Source: Myxococcota bacterium (lineage in GTDB: Bacteria; Myxococcota_A; SURF-8; G963663525). From it: a stretch of 64,000 nt of DNA. Each line of letters starts with the position of its first letter. The first letter of the stretch is position 1. The translations under genes were made by a program, and so were the position numbers. The notes under the pieces were generated by a model. The model made no database searches, was not told the origin of the DNA, and worked only from the letters and a program-made list of their open reading frames with translations. The stretch is from the NCBI GenBank assembly GCA_963676915.2, contig CAXXVK010000060.1, positions 32,001 to 96,000 on the forward strand. The letters run 5' to 3'. This document shows positions 37,401 through 47,989 of the stretch, one piece after another.

Positions 37401-40397
37401 ATGAAAAAATCGAAATGGTTGTTGGGACTGGTTTCCGTTCTGGTGGTAATCGGCGTGTATTTCGGTGTGGTCCGTGAACCCGATCCCGGCGTATGGGGAC
37501 GTTCGCCGCTGGAAGCCGCCCGAGTCGAAGCCAAACCCCAGACCGAGAAATACGATCTGGCGTCCATCGAGATCATGACGAAGGTCATCACCTACATCAA
37601 AAATTATTACTACGACCCCACTCGCATCCATCCGAAAAAGATGTTCACCAGTGCTTTGGACGAAGTGGCTCGCGATGTCGCTTCGGTTCTCGTTCATCAC
37701 GATGAGGAAAGCGAAAAATCCACCATTCGGATCGATACCTGGGAGAGAGAATTCACCTACGACGACATCGATTCCCCCTGGGACATCCAATATCGGATGA
37801 GCGAGGTGTTTCGTTTTCTGCAACCCCATTTCGACCATTACGTGGACCCCAAGGAAGTGGAATACGCGGCGATCAACGGCATGTTGGATACGCTGGACCC
37901 ACACTCCACCCAGATGTCTCCCAAGATTTACAACGACCTGAAAGTGTCGACTCAGGGCAATTTCGGCGGACTGGGCATTCAGATCGGCATTCGGGACGGC
38001 GAGTTGACCGTCATCATCCCGATCAAAGGAACGCCTGCCTATCGCGCCGGGCTGAAAGCACTCGACAAAATCGTACGTATCGATGGTCAATCCACGGTCA
38101 ACCTGCCGCTGGAGGACGCCGTCAAGATGATGCGTGGCAAGGCGCAAACCCCCTGTAAACTTCATATCATGCGTAAAGGGTTCAAAGAACCCAAAGAATA
38201 CGTCATCATCCGCGACCGCATCAAGATCCAGAGCACAGAGAGCAAATTGCTGGGCAATGGCATCGGATACGTTCGCATCAAGAATTTCCAGGGAAACACC
38301 GTTCGTGACATGAAGGAATTCCTAGCCGAAGCCGAAAAGAAAAAGCCTCTGAAAGGGCTGATCATCGACCTGCGGCACAATCCGGGTGGTTTGTTGGAAG
38401 CGGCGATCAACATGGGCGACATGTTCCTGTCCGAAGGCGTGATCGTCACCACCGTCGGGTCGCGCAACGAAATCAAGGAATCCAAAGAAGCCAGCGCGGC
38501 AGGGACCGAACCCCATTACCCGATTCTCGTTCTGGTCAACCACGGATCGGCTTCAGCCTCCGAAATCGTATCCGGTGCGTTGAAAAACAACAATCGGGCC
38601 GTGATTTTGGGAGACCGAACCTTTGGCAAAGGCAGTGTACAGCTTTTGTACGAAATGGAGGATCACAGCGCGTTGAAACTGACCATCGCCCAGTATCTGA
38701 CGCCCGGCGATGTGTCGATTCAATCGGTTGGCATTGTACCTGACGTGAAGGTGCTGCCGGTATTCATCGATGAAAACGAAGTGGAGTTCTTCACCAGCGA
38801 TGGTCTGAATCGGGAAGCCAAACTCGACGGCCACCTGGTGCACGACTCGACGATCGAAGATCGTGAAATCTATACCTTGCGGTATCTGCACGACGAGAAA
38901 CGCGACGAGATGGATATCGACGATTCGTTGACCAAGATCCTGATCGATTTCCCCGTCCTTCTGGCCAAGGAACTGCTGGAAAGCCTCGATGGTGTTAGCC
39001 GCCGTGAAATGATGCTGCAACAACTGATGCCGGAGTTACGTAAGATTTCGAACCGGGAAGAAAAGAAAATCGTACGCGAGCTGAAAAAGCTGGAAGTGGA
39101 CTGGTCGGTGGCCGAGGTCGAGCAACCCCCCGAAGCGGAAATCAAGATCTGGACCGAGCCGAAAGCGCCGATCAAGTCCGGTGACAAAGTGACGCTCTTT
39201 ATGTCGGTGAAAAACGTGGGACAGGGCGCTTACCATCGTCTCGTGGCCGATTCGAAGGCCGACTGGTATCTGTTCGACCACTTGGAGCTGTTTTTCGGAA
39301 AAATCGAGCCGGGACAGACGATTACCCGCAAGATTCCCATCGAAATTCCTCCGGATACGCCTCGCCGAGAAGCGGTGATGAACTTCCATTTCACCGAGCA
39401 CAACAAGTACCTGCCTCCCGATACCCCGTTCCGTTTCGAGGTCAGTGACCTGCCGCAACCGGATTTCTCCTATACTTATCAGGTACGTGACGAAGCGGGC
39501 AACGGTGATGGTCTGATTCAGCGTGGCGAAACCGTGGAAATTCTGGTGGATGTCCTCAACCAGGGCAAAGGTCCGAACATCGACGGCTTGGCAATGATCA
39601 AAAACTCGGACAATCTCAAAGACGTATTCATCAAGAAAGGCCGAATGGAATTCGACCCGATCCAGCCGGGCGAGCGAAAGCTTCTGCGTTTCGAAGTCGA
39701 GGTCAAACCGGGACTGGAAGATTCGAAATTCCCCATGGAAATCAGTATCGTAGATACGGACATGCGGGTCGCCACCTCCCAGGAAATCACCTTCGACCTG
39801 ATGGCACCCTTCCCCATGACGCCGGTGCCCAAGGGACAGGTGATCGAACTGGCCGAAAATCAAAAAATCCTGTCTTCTCCCGATGCTCGTCATCCCATCC
39901 TGACCGTAGTCAAAGAAGCGAAAAAAGCGTCGGTTTCGGCATTAAGTGGTCGTTGGGCAAAAATAATCATTGACAAAGACCGCTTTGGGTGGGTAGAGAA
40001 AGACGCCGGGTGGCATCCGCAAGCGGGTAAGCCGACGTTGAAAGCGTCTATCGACCACTTTTTCCGCAAACCCGTGGTGGAAGTCAACCCGATTTCGTAC
40101 TCGCTGTTCACCGACCAGCCCGAGATAACGCTTCGGGGACACATCGAGGACGATAACCAGGTCCGGGACATGTTTATCATGAATAACCGGCGCAAGGTCT
40201 TTTACAAGTCCAACAAGACCGGAGTGGATTTTCTCAAGATGCCGTTTGAAACAACCATTCCGCTCGAAGAAGGACAGAATTACATTCGCATCGTAGCCCG
40301 TGAATCGGATAAATTCGTTGGCTACAAAACTCTGGTGATCAACCGCAAACGCGGACCGGAAAACGAAATGGCGGCCAACAAGGCTGCCGGGGAGTGA
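37401..40397 (+). CDS. S41-family carboxy-terminal processing protease, long MXAN_5808-like form
   Basis: LDPHS, FGGLGI (PDZ), DLRHNPGGLL, SASASEIV, TFGKGSVQ, followed by C-terminal Ig-like extensions. Confidence 0.92.
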   Translation: MKKSKWLLGLVSVLVVIGVYFGVVREPDPGVWGRSPLEAARVEAKPQTEKYDLASIEIMTKVITYIKNYYYDPTRIHPKKMFTSALDEVARDVASVLVHHDEESEKSTIRIDTWEREFTYDDIDSPWDIQYRMSEVFRFLQPHFDHYVDPKEVEYAAINGMLDTLDPHSTQMSPKIYNDLKVSTQGNFGGLGIQIGIRDGELTVIIPIKGTPAYRAGLKALDKIVRIDGQSTVNLPLEDAVKMMRGKAQTPCKLHIMRKGFKEPKEYVIIRDRIKIQSTESKLLGNGIGYVRIKNFQGNTVRDMKEFLAEAEKKKPLKGLIIDLRHNPGGLLEAAINMGDMFLSEGVIVTTVGSRNEIKESKEASAAGTEPHYPILVLVNHGSASASEIVSGALKNNNRAVILGDRTFGKGSVQLLYEMEDHSALKLTIAQYLTPGDVSIQSVGIVPDVKVLPVFIDENEVEFFTSDGLNREAKLDGHLVHDSTIEDREIYTLRYLHDEKRDEMDIDDSLTKILIDFPVLLAKELLESLDGVSRREMMLQQLMPELRKISNREEKKIVRELKKLEVDWSVAEVEQPPEAEIKIWTEPKAPIKSGDKVTLFMSVKNVGQGAYHRLVADSKADWYLFDHLELFFGKIEPGQTITRKIPIEIPPDTPRREAVMNFHFTEHNKYLPPDTPFRFEVSDLPQPDFSYTYQVRDEAGNGDGLIQRGETVEILVDVLNQGKGPNIDGLAMIKNSDNLKDVFIKKGRMEFDPIQPGERKLLRFEVEVKPGLEDSKFPMEISIVDTDMRVATSQEITFDLMAPFPMTPVPKGQVIELAENQKILSSPDARHPILTVVKEAKKASVSALSGRWAKIIIDKDRFGWVEKDAGWHPQAGKPTLKASIDHFFRKPVVEVNPISYSLFTDQPEITLRGHIEDDNQVRDMFIMNNRRKVFYKSNKTGVDFLKMPFETTIPLEEGQNYIRIVARESDKFVGYKTLVINRKRGPENEMAANKAAGE

Positions 40398-40400
40398 GCC

Positions 40401-40622
40401 ATGGCAAAGTTGAAGATCAAGACCATCGTGGAAAAATGCGAGGGTTGCAACCAGATCGTCGATAAGGAAGACGGCCTGTACTGCAAGAGCTACGCCGATC
40501 CCTCGATCATGTGGAAAGACGACACCTGCATCCGGGCGTCCCACGTCAAACGAGCGATCGCGTCCATCGAGACGAAGATCAACCCGTTGAAAGCTTCCAA
40601 GCGCGCGGCACGTGGTGGCTAG
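40401..40622 (+). CDS. PxxKW-family small Cys-rich protein
   Basis: IVEKCEGC...YCKSY..PSIMW...C...H...KINPLKASKR. Confidence 0.8.
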   Translation: MAKLKIKTIVEKCEGCNQIVDKEDGLYCKSYADPSIMWKDDTCIRASHVKRAIASIETKINPLKASKRAARGG

Positions 40623-40644
40623 AAAACAGGTTTCGATCCATTTC

Positions 40645-40675
40645 AAAAAGGGGCGCATCATGCGTCCTTTTTTTT
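40645..40675 (+). terminator. Intrinsic terminator
   Basis: AAAAAGGGGCGCA-TCA-TGCGTCCTTTTTTTT. Confidence 0.8.
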
Positions 40676-40703
40676 ATCGCTTATTCCGAACGCTGAAACT
40701 CTC

Positions 40704-40854
40704 GCAGGTTGGGCAAATTTCTTACCCGACTCCCTGACTGAGGAGAGAAAAATTTTCTTTTATTTCAGCATGTTCCAAGTGTTGTAAGTAAGGTATACCA
40801 CCTTTTAATGTCCAACACCTCGACATTGTCGGGCAAGAAATTTGCCCGACCTAC
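40704..40854. repeat. GTAG-GTCGGG family REP pair
   Basis: GCAGGTTGGGCAAATTTCTTACCCGAC at 40704-40730 and inverted TGTCGGGCAAGAAATTTGCCCGACCTAC at 40827-40854. Confidence 0.75.
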
Positions 40855-40894
40855 TGCTACTCCCTGACTGTTTATCTTCAGGTATCTTGAAAGG

Positions 40895-41951
40895 TTACGG
40901 CGTTTTTGCCTCTTTGCGGAGCACCCTTTCCACCGTATTCTGCAAACAACTTGCCACCTGCTCGGCTCCCTTGGCGGACCAATGCGGGTCATCGTCTTGC
41001 GATTCGAAATTCCCCCAGCACGGCAGGTCATTGTTGTCTATCCAGGTCACACCTTGTGGAAGGTTGCGAACGAACTCGGGATTGTCGAAAGAAAAATTAC
41101 AGAAAATCAAAAGCCTAGCCGATCCGACAGCCTGCCGCATGTCGTGAATCCAACCGGGTAAGACCTCCTGTGCTTGGTCGAGAACCTCGCCGAGAAGTTC
41201 GTCGTTGTATTGATATTGTTGAAGGAGATCAAGGCCGGTCAATACAAGTAAACGCTCGAAAACACTCTCGGAAAAACGTTCGAGACGCGAATTGATGCCG
41301 ATAGGACTTAGATCGTCCACCTTCAAGTACACGAGAACCATTTCGGGAGCGTACCGTTGTCGAACGTACCGCGCCATTTCGGTAAAATCGCGAATCGATG
41401 CTCCCGGAATTCCAGCGTTGATTATCCGCACGGGAATTCCAAGGGATTCCGATACCTTGTGTTCCAAACGAGCGGGAACGGCCATCGGACAGGTGAGGTC
41501 TGCTGCCGAAAACGAAGGAATCGCCGATAAACGCAAATGTGTGCTTCGCTTCCGAAGCGCTTCGAGAACAATCCTTGAGTCCATGGATGTCGATCTTGTC
41601 GTCTTCGTCATCGGGATCCTGCCGCATGACCCACAGGCCGAAATCTTCCAAGTATTGGTAATCCGTAATGGAATCATCCACCCAAAGCGCTGCAAGCCCG
41701 AGAACGGAAGAAACCGTGCCGACCGCTGCCACAACTCGCCACAGTGTGGGGAGAGGATTCAAGCGCCGATGACGCACCCATCCATACAAAACGAAAGCCG
41801 CCGCGAAAAACGCGAGATCCGTGAGAAAAGGTGAAGACCCTATCGAGCCGTTTGCATACGCTGCCACGACACACCCAACCATATACAGGTTGGCGAAAAG
41901 AAACAGGCCATCCGCCAGAGCGAAAACCGTCGCTCCTAAAATCCGCAGCAT
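40895..41951 (-). pseudogene. Membrane-anchored SGNH/GDSL hydrolase split by a +1 frameshift (possibly a sequencing error)
   Basis: IGDSFVFG in one frame; INAGIPGAS and DDDPHWSAKG in the next; removing one base at about 41482-41483 joins them. Confidence 0.72.
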
Positions 41952-42207
41952 TGTTGGGTGAAAAGACGACACGGCAAATCTCCGAAACGACAACAGAACT
42001 TACAACCGCAACAGATTACCCAACCCTTCATCAATCGCCAAAAGAAAACAAGCGGCATATTTGATCTTATTGTCCTTGAAAAAATCAAGATCCCCGCACC
42101 GTTTGAACAATCTGCCGTTCCCCCAATCACTGACGATTGTTTATTGTGAATTCGTTAGAAAAGTGTTAAGAAAAAGGATCTTTCTTTTTTAACGCGAGGG
42201 GCGATTC

Positions 42208-43377
42208 ATGAAACAAACATTGATTTCCGTTTTGATTCTGTTTTTGCTGTCTTTGGGGTTTGTGGCTTGTGGCGGTGACGACGATGACGAAACCACCACG
42301 GCGCAGGCTCTCTCGTTCGCGACGTTCAATGCAGGACTGGCCGTAAACTTCGTCGATTACGCCGAGGAACGTTCCGCCTTGATCGGCAGTGGCGTCGCCG
42401 GACTGACCGACGATGTGGTCTGCATGCAGGAAGTCTGGCTGGAAGACCACATCGGCAAAGTCGTCGAAGGCGCGAAAAGTGTCTATCCTTACTCCTACTA
42501 TGTATTGACGCCGGAAGAAATCGACCAAAACGAGGACGCCGCCTGTGGCGCCGATGAGAGCCAGGCTTTGAAGGATTGCGTCGATGCCAATTGCGCCGAT
42601 GTCGATCCGGATGAGATGACCGGCTGCGTGCTGTTTCAGTGCGGCGAAGAATACAATGCCCTGTCCGACCCTTGTTCCACTTGCCTGGGGGCGAACATCA
42701 GCAAAACTATTGAAGAAATCTTCGCCATCTGTGCCCAATCGGGCAGCGGAACCCTGGCCTATGGAGGCAACAACGGTCTGCTGCTGCTGTCCAAAACTGC
42801 GCTGAGCAACACCGAAATGGAAATTCTGCCGTCCTACCTCAATCGCCGGGTTGTGTTGAAGGCCAGCATCGCCACGACGGATTATCCGCAAGTCGATGTG
42901 TACTGTACCCACCTGACGGCGAACCTCACCTCCGTAACCTATGGTGGTGACTACGAATCCTGGGCCGACGAACAAGGCGAGCAGATCGACTTGTTCACCC
43001 AGTATGTCGAGGAAAAATCCGGCACGGAAACCCCGGCGGTGTTGATGGGCGACATGAACTGCGGAACGAGCAGCTCGAACGCCGCCGCCGCACTGGAAGA
43101 GAATTTCAACAAGTTCGGCACGGCCGGATTCACCTCGCCCTATGCTGCACAAGCGGCGGCGCAGTGCACCTTCTGCACGGATAATCCCCTTGTCGGTACG
43201 GATGACAAAGAGGGAGACAGCGAGATCATCGATCACGTGATGTTCAAGAATTTCCCCGAAGGTCTGGAAACCACACCGAAACGCATTCTCGACGGAGAAG
43301 TTTCTTTCGATGCCGATGGCGAAACGGTGAATTCCCGGCTTTCCGATCACTACGGCGTGTCGGTCACCATCCAATAA
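42208..43377 (+). CDS. Endonuclease/exonuclease/phosphatase (EEP) family lipoprotein
   Basis: Lipobox FVAC; ATFNAGL, CMQEVW, CTHL, MGDMNC, IDHV, SDHYGV. Confidence 0.9.
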   Translation: MKQTLISVLILFLLSLGFVACGGDDDDETTTAQALSFATFNAGLAVNFVDYAEERSALIGSGVAGLTDDVVCMQEVWLEDHIGKVVEGAKSVYPYSYYVLTPEEIDQNEDAACGADESQALKDCVDANCADVDPDEMTGCVLFQCGEEYNALSDPCSTCLGANISKTIEEIFAICAQSGSGTLAYGGNNGLLLLSKTALSNTEMEILPSYLNRRVVLKASIATTDYPQVDVYCTHLTANLTSVTYGGDYESWADEQGEQIDLFTQYVEEKSGTETPAVLMGDMNCGTSSSNAAAALEENFNKFGTAGFTSPYAAQAAAQCTFCTDNPLVGTDDKEGDSEIIDHVMFKNFPEGLETTPKRILDGEVSFDADGETVNSRLSDHYGVSVTIQ

Positions 43378-43399
43378 TCGACGCGATATACTTCGAGAT

Positions 43400-43437
43400 A
43401 AAAACGCCTGCCGGGATCATTCGGCAGGCGTTTTTTT
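43400..43437 (+). terminator. Intrinsic (probably bidirectional) terminator
   Basis: AAAAACGCCTGCCG...CGGCAGGCGTTTTTTT. Confidence 0.85.
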
Positions 43438-43503
43438 GTAGGAAAATCAGTGTGTTGGAGTGTGGATTGCCCGAATCCTGTCCTTAACCAATGGCTTCAT
43501 CTT

Positions 43504-43590
43504 GATGGACGGGGATTGCATCCCCGTCCTCACGTTTGTCCCAAACCCCAAACCCAAAACGCAAAGAGCAGGATACAATCCTGCTCCTTC
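43504..43590. repeat. GATG-family heterodimeric REP doublet
   Basis: GATGGACGGGGATTGCATCCCCGTCC + spacer + GAGCAGGATACAATCCTGCTCCTTC; homologous to 47857-47936. Confidence 0.8.
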
Positions 43591-43642
43591 AAAGCCTCCT
43601 GATGGTATTTCGTCCATGTAGGAGAAAACAGCCCGATGTACC

Positions 43643-46600
43643 TCAATGGCTGTAATTCAATTTGAGGTCCAGGCCGAAATTACCCTCCGGTTTTACTGCG
43701 TCCGAATCCCATTTTCCTTGTACGGTCAACCACTTCCAGCGGTATTTCAATTCGAAGCTGCGTTCTTTGTCCACCGTTTCATCCGAAATGGCGGTCGAGA
43801 AGTTGATCTGTACGTTGTCCGAAAGTCGTTTGCCGACCATCAGCCGAGGAACGATGGCCGCCCCGGTGGAGGTCGAAGCTTCGTTGTATTCGGTGGTCAG
43901 GCGGAATTCGTCGATCTTGAAGCGCGAACGCACCTGTTCGTCTACGCCGGTGATGTCGGAAATCAAGCTCAAACCTGTGGCGGCGCTGGAATTTCCGCTG
44001 GTTTCCATCGTATCCGTTCCGGTGGAAGGATGGCCGACGAGCAGCAGCGAGACGAGATCCGTCTGAGATAGATCCGAGTTGGAAGTTAGAAGAATTTCGG
44101 GCTGTTCCAGCGTTCCCGCAATGCGCAGGTTCAAAGTGACGTCACGTTCCTCGCCGTCGTCGAGGTAGGTCAGGCGGTTGCTGCCCTCAATGTCGAGCAG
44201 CGGATTGATTTTCTCCCGGTCGTTGAATTCGATCACGAAACGTTTCACGTCGAAGGGGTTTTGCTGAAAATAGATTTTTCCCCCGGCGGAAGAAAGCGTG
44301 TTGAGCAGCGCGGGGCGGTTGTCGTTTCCAACGAGCCGCAAGTCCGCACTTAACGACAAGTCGGCAAGATTGTTTCGAATGCGGATTGAATCGCGGGCTT
44401 TGATTTCGATATCATATTGAAATGTATCGTCTTTTCGGATCGGACCTTCTCGTGCACGGCGAGGCTTGAGCGCATCCCGAACGCTGTCCACTAAAATGGC
44501 TTTCTGCCAGCGCACGGAACGTAAGTATTCCATCGAATTCACTTCCAGCACACCGGCGACATTGAAAGGAAAACCGTCTCCGTTGACGAACAGCCGCCCG
44601 GAAAGTATCGGTTCCATACCCGGCTGAATCTGGAACGAAATCTTGTGGAGATCCAGGTGGAGGTTCCAGCGATCGAGCGTATGTTCGGAACTTTCCCCGA
44701 TACGCGCTTCGCCTCGGGCTTCAACGCGCCCCCCGGCATAGATGGAACGGAAGTTGTCGAACAGAATACGGTTTCCCGAAAACAGCACTTCGCCTTCGAC
44801 ATCTTCCAGCGGACCTTGCAGGTCGGCCAGCTCGAATTGTCCGCGACGCAATCCGAGCGTTCCCTGGATGTCGGTCCGGTCTCCGAGCATCGAAAGTTGC
44901 AGGTCGAACATCAACCCGCCTTCGGCGGCCAGTACGGATTCGGATAGCCGAGGAGCGAGTTTCAAATCGGCTTCGCCATCCATGATCAGGTCCAGCCGCC
45001 CGCTTTGCTCGTAGCGTCCCCGGATGTTGGCCAATGCGCCGTCCGTCGCCAGAACGAAAGAATCGATGGAAACGGCCTGCCGGGCGATACGCGCTTTGAT
45101 GGGCGCTTGAGATTCGATCAGCAACCCCCGGTATTCTCCAGAAAGCCGGTGCATCACCAAGTCTCCCTCACCCGACAAGGGTTGGTCCAAGTTGCCGGAA
45201 TAATTCATTTCCGCCGTCAATTTCCCGTTTTGAATTTTTTCACCCAACAGTGGATCGAGCAGAGGAGCATAGGGAAGATCCGTGGCGGTCAACGACAGAT
45301 TGAGGGCTTCCTCACCGACGAACGATAAATTGAGTCGCGTCGAAAGCTTTCGATCGAACAACAGCGCATTCAGAGAAATCTGGTCGCCGGTCAATTCTAC
45401 GTGAACTTCGCTCGGACCGTATCGTTCTTTGCCGAAATCCAAGGGATCGAACTGAACGACCCCCTGGATGTAGGGGTCCGCCAAGGCTCCGGTGACGCGA
45501 GCGGAAAGCGTCGCGGGAGTATCGGCTCCTCGAACGTAAGGTTGAAGAAAATCGAAGGATTGCAGGCGCAGGGCGTCGGATCGCACCGACAGGTCGTAGC
45601 GTTCCCAGTCCTGAAGACCACCCGACAGGACAAACCGCGCATCGTCCTTTTTGAATTCGCAGGTTTCGAACGTCACGTCGTTTTTCCGAATCGTCGCCCG
45701 TACCTTTCCTTCGTCGAGACGAAAGGATTCCAGGCCGAAATCCGAGAAATCGCCTTCGATCTTTCCCGAAAACCGATCAACCGGTCCGCGAAGTCTGCCT
45801 TTGGCGGAAAACGTACCTTCCAACATCGTTCCAAGTCCGCGATCCAGATTGACGATCTCGAAGAAGTCGCGAACGTCCATTTCTCGTGTGGAAATCCGTG
45901 TGGAAAGCACCAGCTTCGACGGGTTGAAATCGAGGCTTAACGATCCGCGAAAAGACGACGAGCCATGACGGAAACGCCCGTGAAGAAACTGAAGTTTTTT
46001 GTCTTTGAACAGAATATCGAAACGGCTTCGACCCAAATTCATCCCGGAAACGGTGAGGTTTGGAGAGCGGATGTCGGCGTCGATACGTTCGCATTCGATA
46101 CCGTGAATCCGTACGTTCAACGCCGCTTTTCCCTTGATATCGATCCCGGCGATGGTAGGCACTTCACGGAAGTTGAAATTGTCCGACCAGTAGCGCAGGT
46201 CGAAATAGCCGTCAAAGCCGAAATGGTTGTGGACTTTGACCAGCGTATCGGTATTGGGACTGGTGGCGATGGCCTCGACGATTTCGAAACGGTCCGGATA
46301 CAGCGCCAGCGTACCTTTGCCGTTTCCGCCTCCCGGCAGCAACTTCAGGATTTGCAGGGCTTTGGGCCAATCGTCGTCGTACCAACCTGCGGTACGGATA
46401 TCCATGAAGGGGACATTTAAATCGAAATCCCCTTTCATTTCAAGAGGATCGATAGTCCCACCGAGTCCCAGATCTCCCTCGACTTCCATCACGTAAGGCA
46501 CGTTTTTCAGCGTGTAGTTTTCAAGAATTTCGTTCAAGGTGGTATCGACGAGGCGAAGCTGCCAGTTGCAGCTAAGGTGTTCGTCGAAATTCAGCCAGCC

Positions 46601-47644
46601 TTCTTTCAGGAACACGTTTCCTTCGCCCATCTTGAACTGTGCGCCCGAAAACAGCGCTTTCTCGCGGTCGATGGTAAACGGCAAGCGTACGGTTTCGAGG
46701 TTCAACTCTTCGCCGTCTCCAACGCCGATGGTCGTCTCCTGCAGCTCCACTTCGCCGGTCAGAACCGGGTTCGTTACCGGTCCGGTGGCTGTGGCCTGCA
46801 AACGTATCGAGCCGCCGATGGGCGGGAAGTCGGGCAGAAATTCCCGAACGCGGGACAACGGCATGGAGGCCATCAGGTCGAGGCGCCCATCCAGCGGGTC
46901 CAGTTGCAGGTTCTGGCCCGATACCATCAAAGTGGTGGAGGGCATATAGACGGTCAGTTGATCGATGCTGAACGGTTTTTTGATCGACGTATCGAACGAC
47001 AGCCGCGCCCGAATGCCGTGCACGTCGATGGAACGACCTTCGAAATCCAAATTTCCCCTGCCTGTTTCGAAGGTCGCCCGGTAGTCGTTGCCTTTTCTTT
47101 GCAAAATTAGATTGATGTCCGGGAAGTTTGCAAGCGTCGCGTCGCCCTGTTCGACGGAGATTTTTCCTCCGCGAATCCATAAACGATCGGCTTGTAGACG
47201 AAACGGAAGATCCGGCAGGTGAATGCCCGTAAAAGGTTCTTTTTTCTCCGCTTTTTCATTGTCCGGCTTCTCTTCTTCCGGGGGAGTCGTTTGTTGAGGC
47301 GGCAGTTTCAGGGCGACAACGGGTTCTTCCAGCAAAATGTCGTCGAACATCACCCGTCGCCCCAGTAGAGGCAAAAGGGCGAACGATATCGACAATCGTT
47401 GTGCCTCGATACGACCCGTTTCGTCAAAGCGAATCACGGGTTTTTCGACCACCACGCCCGGACCCCAGGGTCGGAAACGCACATCGCCATCGATACGAAT
47501 TCCTTTGCTTTCATGGTTCAAGCCGTCATTGAGCAGGGACACGGCCAGTCGTCCCGCCAGTGGGCTGGACAGAAATATCAGTCCGCTGGCGATAACCAAC
47601 AACGTGATGATCACCAATTGCACTATGGTCCGACGAGACGGCAT
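43643..47644 (-). CDS. tamB: TamB/AsmA-like translocation and assembly protein
   Basis: N-terminal TM anchor, about 1330 aa of beta-repeat sequence, C-terminal DUF490-like region (IRIRNN...INPLLDI..., GTLEQP, DLVSLLLVG, GKRLSD). Confidence 0.82.
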   Translation of the reverse strand: MPSRRTIVQLVIITLLVIASGLIFLSSPLAGRLAVSLLNDGLNHESKGIRIDGDVRFRPWGPGVVVEKPVIRFDETGRIEAQRLSISFALLPLLGRRVMFDDILLEEPVVALKLPPQQTTPPEEEKPDNEKAEKKEPFTGIHLPDLPFRLQADRLWIRGGKISVEQGDATLANFPDINLILQRKGNDYRATFETGRGNLDFEGRSIDVHGIRARLSFDTSIKKPFSIDQLTVYMPSTTLMVSGQNLQLDPLDGRLDLMASMPLSRVREFLPDFPPIGGSIRLQATATGPVTNPVLTGEVELQETTIGVGDGEELNLETVRLPFTIDREKALFSGAQFKMGEGNVFLKEGWLNFDEHLSCNWQLRLVDTTLNEILENYTLKNVPYVMEVEGDLGLGGTIDPLEMKGDFDLNVPFMDIRTAGWYDDDWPKALQILKLLPGGGNGKGTLALYPDRFEIVEAIATSPNTDTLVKVHNHFGFDGYFDLRYWSDNFNFREVPTIAGIDIKGKAALNVRIHGIECERIDADIRSPNLTVSGMNLGRSRFDILFKDKKLQFLHGRFRHGSSSFRGSLSLDFNPSKLVLSTRISTREMDVRDFFEIVNLDRGLGTMLEGTFSAKGRLRGPVDRFSGKIEGDFSDFGLESFRLDEGKVRATIRKNDVTFETCEFKKDDARFVLSGGLQDWERYDLSVRSDALRLQSFDFLQPYVRGADTPATLSARVTGALADPYIQGVVQFDPLDFGKERYGPSEVHVELTGDQISLNALLFDRKLSTRLNLSFVGEEALNLSLTATDLPYAPLLDPLLGEKIQNGKLTAEMNYSGNLDQPLSGEGDLVMHRLSGEYRGLLIESQAPIKARIARQAVSIDSFVLATDGALANIRGRYEQSGRLDLIMDGEADLKLAPRLSESVLAAEGGLMFDLQLSMLGDRTDIQGTLGLRRGQFELADLQGPLEDVEGEVLFSGNRILFDNFRSIYAGGRVEARGEARIGESSEHTLDRWNLHLDLHKISFQIQPGMEPILSGRLFVNGDGFPFNVAGVLEVNSMEYLRSVRWQKAILVDSVRDALKPRRAREGPIRKDDTFQYDIEIKARDSIRIRNNLADLSLSADLRLVGNDNRPALLNTLSSAGGKIYFQQNPFDVKRFVIEFNDREKINPLLDIEGSNRLTYLDDGEERDVTLNLRIAGTLEQPEILLTSNSDLSQTDLVSLLLVGHPSTGTDTMETSGNSSAATGLSLISDITGVDEQVRSRFKIDEFRLTTEYNEASTSTGAAIVPRLMVGKRLSDNVQINFSTAISDETVDKERSFELKYRWKWLTVQGKWDSDAVKPEGNFGLDLKLNYSH

Positions 47645-47856
47645 CCCTTGACGATCCTTTTCGACCCTTTCCGGTTCGAGCAACGAAATTCGAGCGTATT
47701 TTACCTTTTCCTTTGCTTTCGGCACAAGGAAACGATGACAGTGAAACGGCACGAAAGACCAAATACCACACAATTTCTTCTAACCCGAATCATTCAGGCA
47801 AAATGTTCTCCGTTCGTACGCGAAATCGTCAGGGTGAAACAGGAATGTTCCTGTCC

Positions 47857-47936
47857 GATGGACGGGGATTGCATCCCCGTCCGCATGGTTTTCCTCAAAA
47901 CAAAACGCGAGGAGCAGGATACAATCCTGCTCCATC
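47857..47936. repeat. GATG-family heterodimeric REP doublet
   Basis: GATGGACGGGGATTGCATCCCCGTCC...GGAGCAGGATACAATCCTGCTCCATC. Confidence 0.82.
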
Positions 47937-47989
47937 TGTAGGAAATTCCATGTATTATCTATTAGTTTTGAAAATCTATCACCAAGCAT

